Positions 27,564-36,842 of a DNA stretch of 64,000 nucleotides are shown here, in pieces. The position numbers were made by a program, and so were the translations under genes. The notes under the pieces were generated by a model. The model searched no databases. It was not told where the DNA came from and was given only the letters and a program-made list of their open reading frames with translations. Origin of the DNA: Kiritimatiellia bacterium. Lineage in GTDB: Bacteria; Verrucomicrobiota; Kiritimatiellia; RFP12; JBMNHG01. Numbering within the stretch: the first letter of the stretch is position 1; every line of letters begins with the position of its first letter. Where the stretch lies: positions 428,337-492,336 of the forward strand of contig JBMNHG010000003.1 of assembly GCA_050950285.1 (NCBI GenBank), given 5' to 3'.

Positions 27564-30035
27564 ATGAGCGAAAACGAACACCCCCGTGTGTCCACCACGT
27601 CCGAATCCGCCCCCGCCGAAGACGCATCGTCGCGCCATGGCCCCGCGTACTACTACGGCCGCGGCCCGGCCTACTACTACGGCTCCGGCGGAGCGAGCTA
27701 CGGCGGCGGCAGCTACGGCGCCGCCTACTACGGCGGCGACACGGAAGGCAGTGGCGGGGGCGAAGACTCGATGCTGGGGTCGCTCTCGATCCAGCGCGTC
27801 TTCCGCGTGATGTTGCAGAAGTGGCCCACGCTGCTGGTTTCCGTTCTCCTCGGCCTGGCCTTCGGCTTTGCCTACTACAAGACGGCGCCGGTTGTCTACA
27901 AGGCCTCCAGCACCATCGAAATGTCGGTCCGCCCGAAGCGCGCCCTCAACGTGAGCGCCGTGTATGACGAATCGGGCGGCGCCTCCACCGACGAGATCCT
28001 CAACACCCGCCTCATCAAGCTCCGAAGCCGCGAGGTGATCGACAAGGTGGCCGAGCGCGTCCGCGCCGAATTCCCCAACCTCGATCTCAGCGACGACGAG
28101 ATGTACCTGCTGCTCTACCAGAACGTCAGCATGGATGTGCGCCGTCGCACCAAGCTCGTGGACATTTCGGCGCGCCACACCAGGCCCGAAGTGGCCCAGG
28201 CCATCGCCAACGCCTACGCGGATACGGCGGAGAAGTACGATATCGAGCAGAACCGCATCGCCTCCGAAAACGCCGTCTCCTACCTGAGGGAAACCGCCGA
28301 GAAGCGCCGGATCTCCATCGAGGAGGACGAGCAGAAGGCGCTCGACTTCCGCGTGGCGAACAAGATCGACGTGCTGGAGAGCCAGAAGAACACCCTCGAC
28401 TCCGTCCTTCTCCAGATCAACGGGAGCATCGCGTCCCTGGAAAGCCAGGAATCGCGGTACATGGAGCTCCTCCGGGCGCTCAACGAGGCGCTGGACAATC
28501 CCGGGCAGGCCGTCTCGCTCCCCGACAGTGTCCCGCGGGCCGAAGAGATCAACGCCGCCCAGGAAAAGCTCCAGAACCTCACGGCGGAGCGCGACGTCCT
28601 CTTGGTCACCTACACGCCCAAGCATCCGGACGTAATCGCCAAGGACACCGTTTTGGAAATCGCGGAACGCCAATACGTCGACGCCGTGAATCGCTCCCGC
28701 GACACCGCCGGGGCGAATCTCGATCTCGTCCGCAAGCAAATCGCCGCCCTCCGGCAGAAGAAGGAGCAGAACGAGGCCGACATCGCCGCCCTCGAGGTCC
28801 AAATCGTGAACGCCAAGATGCGTTTCGAGGCCCTCCAGCGCGACAGCGGCGTGAGCGAGACCATCTACGACGGCATCCTCCGCCGCATGGAGGAGGCCCA
28901 GCTCGCCGCGGACCAGTCCGCCACGACGACCACCCTCGTCGCCAGGGCCAACCTGCCCCGCGCGCCCATCAGCCCGAAGGCCTCCGTCGCCTTCTCCGTG
29001 GGGCCCATCGTCGGCTTCCTGCTGGGCTTCCTGTTCGTGCTCGTCATCGACCGCCTCGAGGACCGCATCACCGGGACCTCGGACATCGAAAGGCACATGG
29101 GCACGAAGGTGCTGGCGCTCATCCCCCACGTGCCGCGTTCCAAGCGCGAGGTTCTCGGCAAGATGTCCTTCGACCGCAAGTTCAGCCGGCTGGCCGAAGC
29201 CTTCGCCGGCTTGCGAGGCCTGCTCGATTCCCCGCGATATCGCGATTTGACCCGCTCCATCCTCGTGGTTTCCACACAGCCCGCCGAAGGCAAGACGATC
29301 ATCGCCAGCAACATCGCCATCGCCTCCGCGATTTCGGGCAAGAAGACGCTCCTCATCGACTTCGACATGCGCCGCCCGCGACTGGGCCGCATCTTCGACG
29401 TGCGCGACCAGAACCCGCCCAGCCTCGTCCACGTCCTGCACGAGGGCGACACCTCCCGCCTGGACAGCCTCGCCATCCCCTCCGGCGTCCCCAACCTCGA
29501 CCTCGTCACCTCCCGCCCCTCGAACCACATCTCCCCCTCGGACCTGATGGGATCCTCCATCGTCGCGGAGTTCGTGAAGTGGGCCTGCGACAACTACGAA
29601 CGCGTGGTGATCGACTCGCCGCCCTTCGGGCTCGTGAGCGACTCCGTGGTGCTCGGAGCCCTCGTGGGATCCGTCATCCTCGTCTGCCGTCCGGCGCATT
29701 CCCGCGGTCGTGCCATGCGCCACGCCATCCGCCACCTCAACGAGGCCGGATCCCGCGTGCTGGGCGTGGTCGTGAACGATGTGGACTTCGGCCCAAGCTC
29801 CTACTTCGGCAGCTACGACTACCAGTCGAGCGGCTACGCCTACGGCTACCGCTACGGCAGGTACGGCAGGTACGGACGCTACTACTCCTATCTGTCCGAA
29901 CAGAAGGACGAGGCGGGCGATTCCGCCTCGCACGGGGCGCCGCCGCACGAGGCCCAGCCCGTCCCGGGCGACGACGACGAACCCAAGCCCATGCCCGCGA
30001 CCGAAAGCGTGCTGGACGTGGACGACGAGGAGTAG
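27564..30035 (+). CDS. wzc: Wzc-type polysaccharide co-polymerase / BY tyrosine kinase
   Basis: Two TMs around a coiled-coil (YTPKHPDV), AEAF, Walker A PAEGKT, A' IDFDMRRP, B IDSPP and a C-terminal Tyr cluster. Confidence 0.92.
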   Translation: MSENEHPRVSTTSESAPAEDASSRHGPAYYYGRGPAYYYGSGGASYGGGSYGAAYYGGDTEGSGGGEDSMLGSLSIQRVFRVMLQKWPTLLVSVLLGLAFGFAYYKTAPVVYKASSTIEMSVRPKRALNVSAVYDESGGASTDEILNTRLIKLRSREVIDKVAERVRAEFPNLDLSDDEMYLLLYQNVSMDVRRRTKLVDISARHTRPEVAQAIANAYADTAEKYDIEQNRIASENAVSYLRETAEKRRISIEEDEQKALDFRVANKIDVLESQKNTLDSVLLQINGSIASLESQESRYMELLRALNEALDNPGQAVSLPDSVPRAEEINAAQEKLQNLTAERDVLLVTYTPKHPDVIAKDTVLEIAERQYVDAVNRSRDTAGANLDLVRKQIAALRQKKEQNEADIAALEVQIVNAKMRFEALQRDSGVSETIYDGILRRMEEAQLAADQSATTTTLVARANLPRAPISPKASVAFSVGPIVGFLLGFLFVLVIDRLEDRITGTSDIERHMGTKVLALIPHVPRSKREVLGKMSFDRKFSRLAEAFAGLRGLLDSPRYRDLTRSILVVSTQPAEGKTIIASNIAIASAISGKKTLLIDFDMRRPRLGRIFDVRDQNPPSLVHVLHEGDTSRLDSLAIPSGVPNLDLVTSRPSNHISPSDLMGSSIVAEFVKWACDNYERVVIDSPPFGLVSDSVVLGALVGSVILVCRPAHSRGRAMRHAIRHLNEAGSRVLGVVVNDVDFGPSSYFGSYDYQSSGYAYGYRYGRYGRYGRYYSYLSEQKDEAGDSASHGAPPHEAQPVPGDDDEPKPMPATESVLDVDDEE

Positions 30036-30084
30036 CCCGGCATCCGGGCCTCCCGCTTCCCTTTGAAAGGGCAGGAAGAGAGAC

Positions 30085-31056
30085 ATGAAGGTATTGGTCA
30101 CTGGCGGCGCAGGCTACATCGGCAGCGTGGTGGTCGCCGCCCTGCGGGAGGCCGGCCATGCGGTGGTCGTCTTCGACAACCTGGAGTGCGGCCACCGCGA
30201 GGCCCTTTCCGCGGACGTCCCGCTCGTCGTGGGCGACCTCCGCAATCCCGGCGAAATCCGCGACGCCATGGCCCGGGAGCGGCCCGACGCCGTGATGCAC
30301 TTCGCCGCCTACGCCCTCGTGGGGGAGTCGATGCGCCAGCCCGAGCGCTACTTCGGCAACAACGTGGTGGGAGGCTTCAACCTTCTCGAGGCCATGCGCC
30401 TCGCGGAGGTCCGCCAGATCGTCTTCTCCTCCTCCTGCGCCACCTTCGGACAGCCCTCCACGCCCACCATCGTGGAGGACACCCCCCAGCATCCGACGAA
30501 CCCCTACGGCGAGACGAAGCTCATGTTCGAGCAGATGCTCCGCTGGTACGGCGAAATCCACGGCCTGAACTGGTCCGCCCTCCGCTACTTCAACGCCTGC
30601 GGCGCCACCGAAACCCTCGGCGAAGACCATGCGGTCGAGACGCATCTGATTCCGCTCGTCCTCCGCGTGGCGCTCGGGCAGAGCGACCATTGCACGGTCT
30701 TCGGCACGGACTACGACACGCCGGACGGAACCTGCCTGCGCGACTACGTGCATGTGCTGGATCTCGCCGACGCCCACCTTCGCGCCCTCGAGCAAAAGGG
30801 GCAGGGCGCCTACAACCTCGGCATCGGCCACGGCTTCTCCGTGCTCGAGGTCGTCGAGTCCGCCCGCCGCGTCACCGGCCACCCCATCCCCGCCGTCATG
30901 GGGGAACGCCGCCCCGGCGACCCCGCGCGCCTCGTCGCGGGCGTGGGCCGCGCCCGCACGGAACTCGGCTGGACCCCCCGGTTCACGGAGATTGACGCCA
31001 TCGTCGAATCCGCCTGGAAGTGGCACGCGGCCCACCCTCGCGGCTATTCCGCCTGA
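30085..31056 (+). CDS. galE: UDP-glucose 4-epimerase
   Basis: TGGAGYIGS, HFAA..LVGES, YGETK, LRYFNACG and DGTCLRDYVHV. Confidence 0.96.
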   Translation: MKVLVTGGAGYIGSVVVAALREAGHAVVVFDNLECGHREALSADVPLVVGDLRNPGEIRDAMARERPDAVMHFAAYALVGESMRQPERYFGNNVVGGFNLLEAMRLAEVRQIVFSSSCATFGQPSTPTIVEDTPQHPTNPYGETKLMFEQMLRWYGEIHGLNWSALRYFNACGATETLGEDHAVETHLIPLVLRVALGQSDHCTVFGTDYDTPDGTCLRDYVHVLDLADAHLRALEQKGQGAYNLGIGHGFSVLEVVESARRVTGHPIPAVMGERRPGDPARLVAGVGRARTELGWTPRFTEIDAIVESAWKWHAAHPRGYSA

Positions 31057-33422
31057 TGCATCCGGACCCCTCTCCCTCCGCGGCTCCCTCTTCCGGGCCG
31101 CGCCTCCGCAGGCCCTTCGCCTCCCTCGGAGGGAGGCGCGCCCCCGTCGCGTTCGTCCTGGCGGGCCTCGTCCTCTCCTTCCTGGCCTTTTCGCCCGTCC
31201 TGCGCGCCCCCTATCTGTACGACGACGAATCCATCGTCGAGCGGGGCGTCCTCCAGCGCTTCGCCGGCGAAGAACACCGGGGATGGCACTCCTTCTTCGA
31301 AGGTCTCGTCCTCTCCCCGCGCCCGCTCCGACAGCTCACGCATCGCATCGAAGGGCGCCTCTTCGGGCCGCGCCCGGTCCCGATGCACGTCGTGAACCTG
31401 CTCCTTCATCTGGGCGTCGCCCTGGCGGGGTTCTTTCTCCTCCGCACCTTGCGCAAGGGCGACGGCGCGGCCTTCGCCGCGGCCCTGCTCTTCCTGCTGA
31501 ACCCGGTCGTCGTCGAAACGGCAGGCATCCTCTCCCACCGCAAGGAATCGCTTTCCGCCCTCTTCTGCCTTTGCGCCCTCATCGTCGTCCTGCGCGGCAA
31601 CTCCGTGCGGCGCCCTCCGCCGCGTCCCGCGCAGGCGGAAGAAGCGCCCGGCGGAAGGCGGCGGAGCTGGCTCGCCCGCGCGAAGGCCGGGTGGCCTCGC
31701 TCCCGGCGATGGGGGTTGACCGCCCTCCTGCTCTTCCTCGCCCTGGCGGGCAAAGAGACCGCCGTGGTCTTCCCGCTGCTCTGGGTCGCGGTAACCCTCC
31801 CGGACGTCTTGTCCCCGGAGCCGTCGGACGAATCCCCCCCCCGCTCCTCCGTCTGGCGCGCCTACCTGTCGACGCTGGCGGGCCTCTGCCTCCTGACCGC
31901 CGTGCTGGGCGTCCTTTTCGCCCTCCAGATTCGGGGCGGCATGATGGAGGCGGGCTGGCAGCCGTACGCAAGCGGCGTGCGCGCCGGCCATTTCACGGGC
32001 CATGTCCCGTTTTCCGCCTCCCTCGCGGCCGCCTTCCGGGCCTTCGCGGCCTATCTCCTCTCGTTCGTGCGGATGACGGGCCACACCATCCACCCCAACG
32101 TGGCGGGATGGGGATCGTGGCGCACGCCGGCCGCCGCCGTCTCGCTTGCCGTGGCGCTGGCCTACCTCGTCCTGCTCGTCCTGCTTCGCCGCGACCGGCG
32201 CTTCTTCCCCCCGCTCGCATGGATCGCCGCCGCGCTCTCCCCCTATCTCCTCCCCCCGCTTCTCCGCGCCGGGCACACCGCCCTCTTCGCCGACCGCTAC
32301 GCCTACCTCGCGTCGTTCGGCTTCGCCTGGCTCGTGGTGGAGGGCGCGCGCGCCCTGTGCCACCGCCTTCTCCCCCGACGGGCCTGCCCGCCGGTGCTGG
32401 GCCTCCTTTGCGCCGCCGCGACGGCCTGCCTCGTGGCCTTCTCCCGCGCCGCCGCCCTGCCCTACCGCTCGAACGAGGCCTTCTGGGCGCATGCCGTCCG
32501 TTGCGATCCGACGTCCGTCCAGGCCCGCTACAACCTCGCCTACGCGCTGTGGAAGGAGCGTGGCGACCTCCCCGCGGCCGAAGCGGAATTCCGCCGCATG
32601 GCGCAGATGGACCCCTCGTTCGCCTACGGGATCCGGAGGATGTCCGATTTCCTCGCGGCGCAAGGACGCTTCCAAGACGCCCTGGACGGGCTCGACGCCT
32701 CCCTCGCCCACATCCCTTGGGATACCGGCCTCCGCGCCCGCCGCGCCCGATGCCTCTTCCATCTGGGCGACCTCCCCCGCTCGCTGGCGGAGTACGAGGC
32801 CCTGGAGCGCGCCGGCTGCGGCGGCGCCGTGTTCCATGCGGATTTCGGCGACGCCTGCCGCGCTTCCCTGCTGTGGGCGGAGACCCGCCGCCACTACGAG
32901 ACCGCCGCCCGCGAGAACGGCGACGCCGACTGGGCGACCCGCTACACGGCCTTCACGCAGGATCCGCCGCCGCGCGGCGGAAACACCCTCGTCGTGTTCG
33001 GCGACCCCCTCTTCGCCGACGGCCTCTCCAGGCAGCTCCCCGGGTGGGACTGCCGGGTCCTCCCGCTTCCCGGCGGCACCGTGGGCGGGCTCAATGCGGA
33101 CTTCCGGAACCAGACGGCTTCCCTGCCGCCCGCCGACCGCTGCGTGCTCGTCGTTCCGCCGCTCCCCGCCGCGCTCGCGGCGAACGAACCAATCGCGGCG
33201 CGCCTCGCCATGGAAGTCGCCGGATGCGTCTTCAAGGCGCGCATGGCGGGGATGCGCCCCGTCGTGGTCGGCCCGGGCGCCGATGCGGAGTCGCCCCTCG
33301 CCCGCACCCTCGGCGCCTCCCTCCGCTCCGCCGGCGTGCCGTACGCGCCGGCCCCCCCGGAGGATTTCGCCGCATCCCTCCTGCGCGACGATCCGCCGCC
33401 CCTTCCCCCCTCCGGCTTTTGA
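31056..33422 (+). CDS. TMTC-like GT-C glycosyltransferase (protein O-mannosyltransferase-like) with TPRs
   Basis: YDD loop motif, RPL..LT, HVVNLLLH, R.E.L..LF, LALAGKETA and ADRYAYL, followed by TPRs. Start overlaps the galE stop. Confidence 0.78.
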   Translation: MHPDPSPSAAPSSGPRLRRPFASLGGRRAPVAFVLAGLVLSFLAFSPVLRAPYLYDDESIVERGVLQRFAGEEHRGWHSFFEGLVLSPRPLRQLTHRIEGRLFGPRPVPMHVVNLLLHLGVALAGFFLLRTLRKGDGAAFAAALLFLLNPVVVETAGILSHRKESLSALFCLCALIVVLRGNSVRRPPPRPAQAEEAPGGRRRSWLARAKAGWPRSRRWGLTALLLFLALAGKETAVVFPLLWVAVTLPDVLSPEPSDESPPRSSVWRAYLSTLAGLCLLTAVLGVLFALQIRGGMMEAGWQPYASGVRAGHFTGHVPFSASLAAAFRAFAAYLLSFVRMTGHTIHPNVAGWGSWRTPAAAVSLAVALAYLVLLVLLRRDRRFFPPLAWIAAALSPYLLPPLLRAGHTALFADRYAYLASFGFAWLVVEGARALCHRLLPRRACPPVLGLLCAAATACLVAFSRAAALPYRSNEAFWAHAVRCDPTSVQARYNLAYALWKERGDLPAAEAEFRRMAQMDPSFAYGIRRMSDFLAAQGRFQDALDGLDASLAHIPWDTGLRARRARCLFHLGDLPRSLAEYEALERAGCGGAVFHADFGDACRASLLWAETRRHYETAARENGDADWATRYTAFTQDPPPRGGNTLVVFGDPLFADGLSRQLPGWDCRVLPLPGGTVGGLNADFRNQTASLPPADRCVLVVPPLPAALAANEPIAARLAMEVAGCVFKARMAGMRPVVVGPGADAESPLARTLGASLRSAGVPYAPAPPEDFAASLLRDDPPPLPPSGF

Positions 33423-33442
33423 CGGACGGAGGCGGCGTTGCG

Positions 33443-33471
33443 CTCGTGTCCCCCTCGTGTGAGGCTCGTGT
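33443..33471 (+). promoter_or_regulatory. Three CTCGTGT direct repeats with exact 11-bp period (candidate regulator binding site)
   Basis: CTCGTGT at 33443, 33454 and 33465, about 20 bp upstream of a -35 box. Confidence 0.6.
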
Positions 33472-33490
33472 GATTTTTGCCATTATGCGC

Positions 33491-33519
33491 TTGCGCACCG
33501 CGTCCGTTTCCAGTACGCT
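33491..33519 (+). promoter_or_regulatory. Sigma-70-type promoter of the coiled-coil/lipoprotein/tolB/pal operon
   Basis: TTGCGC-N17-TACGCT, followed by a GAGGTGA RBS before ATG 33557. Confidence 0.5.
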
Positions 33520-33556
33520 ACACGATATCGTTTGAACCACATGAGGTGATTTGACC

Positions 33557-34705
33557 ATGGGTAACGTACTTCGAGTTTTGGTCGTCCTGATGTTTCTTCT
33601 GGGCCTTGGAGCGCTCTTCCTCTCCATCCAGAACTACGGCAAGCGGGAATTGCTGGTGGGCCGAACCCACCAGTTGGAAGAAGGCTACATCCGCCTCGCA
33701 AAGACCATCGAGGCCAAGGATATGCCCGATGTCCCGCCGCCCGAACTGCCGCTGCGCGACATCTCGCCCGTGACGAGCCGCGAAATGGAGAACCCGGAAG
33801 TCTCCGACTTCTGGGACGGCTACCGCTTCCAGCTCGAGCCGCCGGCCACCGCTATCCCGATGCTCGACCTCGGCACGGACGAAAACCGCTTCCAGCTTCG
33901 CCAGCTCTACCAGATCGGCTCCGATGGGAAGGTCGTTCCGGACAGCCTCACGGGACGTCCCTCCCAGAAGGGGCCCGGCACGATGGCCGACCTGATGGAC
34001 TCCACCCTCAAGCGCGCCATGGCGCAAAGCGCCCTGCTCGGCACCACCCGCGCCGAACTCAAGAAGGTCCGCGAAGAACTCGTCGTCGTCATCGAGGAGT
34101 TCAACTCCCTCAAGAAGGCCGGCCGCAAGGACAAGAAGACCATCGAGGATCTCAACGCCACCATCTCGCGGCTTGAGGACGACAAGCGCCAGCTCGCCGC
34201 CAAGGTCTCCAATCTGGAAAGCCAGATCGACGACCTCAACGAAGAGGTGGCCGAGGCCAGGCTCGAAGTCGAAAAGCAGCTGGAGACCATCAGCGATTTC
34301 GAACGCCAGGTGAAGAAGCTGAACGAAGACATCGCCAAGCTCACCCAGCGCAACCTCTCCGTCCCGACCGGCGTCGGCATCGCCGCACCGGCCGTCACCG
34401 CGCTGGAAGGCCAGCTTACCCCCGGCCCCTGCGGCACGGTTGTCGAGGCAAACAACGACTACCGCTTCGCGATCCTCCGCCTGGACGACCGCTTCCTCGA
34501 CGAGCTGATCGGGCCCCAGCGCGACCAGCCCATGCCCCAGGCCGAACTGCTGATCCACCGCGAAGGCTTCAATCCCGACGTCGGCGACATGGTGGCCAAG
34601 GTCCGCCTCCGCCAGATCGTCCGCGAAAAGAACCTCGTCGTGGCCGAGATCCTCGTGGATTGGATGCAGACCTCCGTGATGGTCGGCGACACGGTCATCT
34701 TCTAA
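33557..34705 (+). CDS. Single-TM-anchored long coiled-coil protein with C-terminal beta domain
   Basis: N-terminal TM, a heptad region of roughly 130 aa, and C-terminal GTVVEANNDYRFAIL...VAKVRL...VVAEIL.DW...VGDTV. Confidence 0.8.
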   Translation: MGNVLRVLVVLMFLLGLGALFLSIQNYGKRELLVGRTHQLEEGYIRLAKTIEAKDMPDVPPPELPLRDISPVTSREMENPEVSDFWDGYRFQLEPPATAIPMLDLGTDENRFQLRQLYQIGSDGKVVPDSLTGRPSQKGPGTMADLMDSTLKRAMAQSALLGTTRAELKKVREELVVVIEEFNSLKKAGRKDKKTIEDLNATISRLEDDKRQLAAKVSNLESQIDDLNEEVAEARLEVEKQLETISDFERQVKKLNEDIAKLTQRNLSVPTGVGIAAPAVTALEGQLTPGPCGTVVEANNDYRFAILRLDDRFLDELIGPQRDQPMPQAELLIHREGFNPDVGDMVAKVRLRQIVREKNLVVAEILVDWMQTSVMVGDTVIF

Positions 34706-34729
34706 GGCCCTTCCCCCGCACGATCCTCC

Positions 34730-34888
34730 ATGGGAACCCTGGCACGCGCCCTCCTGTCCATCCTTCTGCTGGCCCTGTTGCTGGCGCAGGCGGGGTGCGC
34801 CACCATGGAGGCCAATTCGGACCAGCCTTGGGGCATGCAGGAATCGTGGGAGGGTTCCGTGACCCTCCCCGGTTTCTCCGGCAACTGA
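34730..34888 (+). CDS. 52-aa small lipoprotein (not in ORF track)
   Basis: MGTLARALLSILLLALLLAQAGC-ATMEANSDQPWGMQESWEGSVTLPGFSGN*. Hydrophobic core plus lipobox (AGC). Fills the gap between the coiled-coil gene and tolB. Confidence 0.75.
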   Translation: MGTLARALLSILLLALLLAQAGCATMEANSDQPWGMQESWEGSVTLPGFSGN

Positions 34889-34939
34889 CCTTCCCGCGGC
34901 ACGCCGCGTTTCCGTACCGCTTTATCCTCTTCCCGCCCC

Positions 34940-36142
34940 ATGCGCACCCTCCCGCTGTTTCTCCTGTCCCTTGCGACGGCCCTCCTCGTGTCCCTCCACG
35001 CGTTTTCCGCGGACATCCGGATTGTCAAAGAGGGCCATGGCAAGAATGCGATCTCCCTCTCCGGGATTCGTTCCGGCGGAGTTGGCGGGGAAACCTTCGC
35101 CGCAACCCTCAAGAGCGATTTGGAACGCTCCGGATGGTTTGTCGTGACGGGCCCGGACAGCGCCTCCGTGCACGTCTCCGGAAGCGCCGCGACCAGCGTG
35201 GCCCTCGACGTCGCCTGGGGATCCGGGCGTTTCTCGTGGTCGGCCCCTTCCAACGACCAGGAGGCGGCGCGCCGTGCCGCGCATCGCGCCTGCGATGAAA
35301 TACTGCGCCGCGTGCTGGGGAAACAGGGCATCGCCTCCACCCGCATCGCCTTCGTGGGCAAGCGCGGGGGAAGCCAGGATCTCTACCTGTGCGACGCCGA
35401 CGGCGCTTCCGTCCGGCAAATCACCCACCTCGGCGCCATCTGCCTCTCGCCCAAGTGGACTCCCGACGGCTCCTCGCTTTTCTACACGGGATACCAGACG
35501 GGCGCGCCCTTCATCTACCGCGCCCCGGTCAACGGCGGCGGCATCCAGCGCCTCGCCAATTTCAACGGGCTCAACGCCGGCGGCACCGCTTCGCCCGACG
35601 GCCGACTGATGGCCTTGATCCTGTCCAAGGACGGGAATCCCGAACTCTACATCCTCAACCTCTCCAGCGGAAACCTCACGCGCCTCACCCGGACGCCGTA
35701 CGCCGTGGAGTCGAGCCCGAGCTGGTCCCCCGACGGCCGTTCCATCGCCTACGTGTGCGATGCGCCGGGGAGTCCGCAGATCTACGTGGTCAACGAAGCG
35801 AAGCAAACCCGGCGCATCTCCTTCAGAGGATCCGAAAACGTCGCGCCGGACTGGGGCCCCGACGGCCGCATCGCCTATTGCACCAAGCAGGGCGGCTACC
35901 AGATCGCGATCCATGATCCGCGCGACGGAAGCACCCGCGTGATCACCGACGGCGCGCCGCACGAAGACCCCTCCTGGGCCCCGGACGCACGGCATCTCGT
36001 CTGCTCGCGCGGCGAGAACGGGCGCCGCCAGCTCGTGATCCTCGACGACCCCGCTCCCGCGCTTGACATCTCCGGCGATCCTCCGCTACCCTTGTTCTCC
36101 ATTTCCGGGGACTGGACAGCCCCGGATTGGTCCGAACGCTAG
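34940..36142 (+). CDS. tolB: Tol-Pal system beta-propeller protein TolB
   Basis: Signal peptide, DLERSGWF, AHRACDEI...GIASTRIAFV, and PD40 repeats (SPKWTPDG, SPSWSPDG, DPSWAPD). Confidence 0.92.
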   Translation: MRTLPLFLLSLATALLVSLHAFSADIRIVKEGHGKNAISLSGIRSGGVGGETFAATLKSDLERSGWFVVTGPDSASVHVSGSAATSVALDVAWGSGRFSWSAPSNDQEAARRAAHRACDEILRRVLGKQGIASTRIAFVGKRGGSQDLYLCDADGASVRQITHLGAICLSPKWTPDGSSLFYTGYQTGAPFIYRAPVNGGGIQRLANFNGLNAGGTASPDGRLMALILSKDGNPELYILNLSSGNLTRLTRTPYAVESSPSWSPDGRSIAYVCDAPGSPQIYVVNEAKQTRRISFRGSENVAPDWGPDGRIAYCTKQGGYQIAIHDPRDGSTRVITDGAPHEDPSWAPDARHLVCSRGENGRRQLVILDDPAPALDISGDPPLPLFSISGDWTAPDWSER

Positions 36143-36205
36143 CCGAAACGCTTTCCTTGGCCTCCACCCGAACAACCACCTCCCTCCGCATTGGAGTCTG
36201 ATACC

Positions 36206-36736
36206 ATGCACTTCCACACCTCCGCCATCCTCCTCGCCTCCCTTTGCGTCCTCGTCGCGGCCAGCGGTTGCCGCAAGGGCCCGAAGAGTTCCGCCGCCGA
36301 CGCCGACTTCGGCAGCACGATGTTTACGGATCTCACCCAGGACGGCATTCCGCTGGCTTCCGGAATCCCCTTCGACGAGCAGGGCCGCGAAATCGCCCTC
36401 GACGCTCCGACGGATCCCGTCTACTTCGGCTACGACTCCTACTCCCTTCCCTCGTCCGAACTCAGGAAGGTCGAGGCCGTCGCCAGCTACATGGCCGCCA
36501 ACGGCGGGACCGTCCTCATCATCGAAGGCCACTGCGACGAGCGCGGCAGCAACGAATACAACCTCTCCCTCGGCGAACAGCGCGCCCTTTCCGTGCGCGC
36601 CGGCCTCGTCAGCCTGGGCATCGGCGCCGAGCGCATCCAGACCCGTTCCTTCGGCGAAGAACAGCCTGCCGTGCAGGGCTACGGCGAGCACGCCTGGAGC
36701 CTGAACCGCCGCGGCGAGTTCCGCATCTTCAAGTAG
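36206..36736 (+). CDS. pal: Peptidoglycan-associated lipoprotein Pal
   Basis: Lipobox ASGC, VYFGYDS, IEGHCDERGSNEYNLSLGEQRA, SFGEE.P and NRR. Confidence 0.95.
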   Translation: MHFHTSAILLASLCVLVAASGCRKGPKSSAADADFGSTMFTDLTQDGIPLASGIPFDEQGREIALDAPTDPVYFGYDSYSLPSSELRKVEAVASYMAANGGTVLIIEGHCDERGSNEYNLSLGEQRALSVRAGLVSLGIGAERIQTRSFGEEQPAVQGYGEHAWSLNRRGEFRIFK

Positions 36737-36756
36737 CCGCCGGGCGCAATCCCCTG

Positions 36757-36805
36757 AAAAACGGCGCGCCGCGGAATCAACCCGATTCCGCGGCGCGCCG
36801 TCTTT
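36757..36805. terminator. Bidirectional terminator between convergent pal and argD
   Basis: Perfect 18-bp stem ACGGCGCGCCGCGGAATC/GATTCCGCGGCGCGCCGT with a 5-nt loop, flanked by an A-run and TCTTT. Confidence 0.85.
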
Positions 36806-36842
36806 GTACGCCGGGCCCCGCCGTGGGCGGGCGGCGAGGGGC

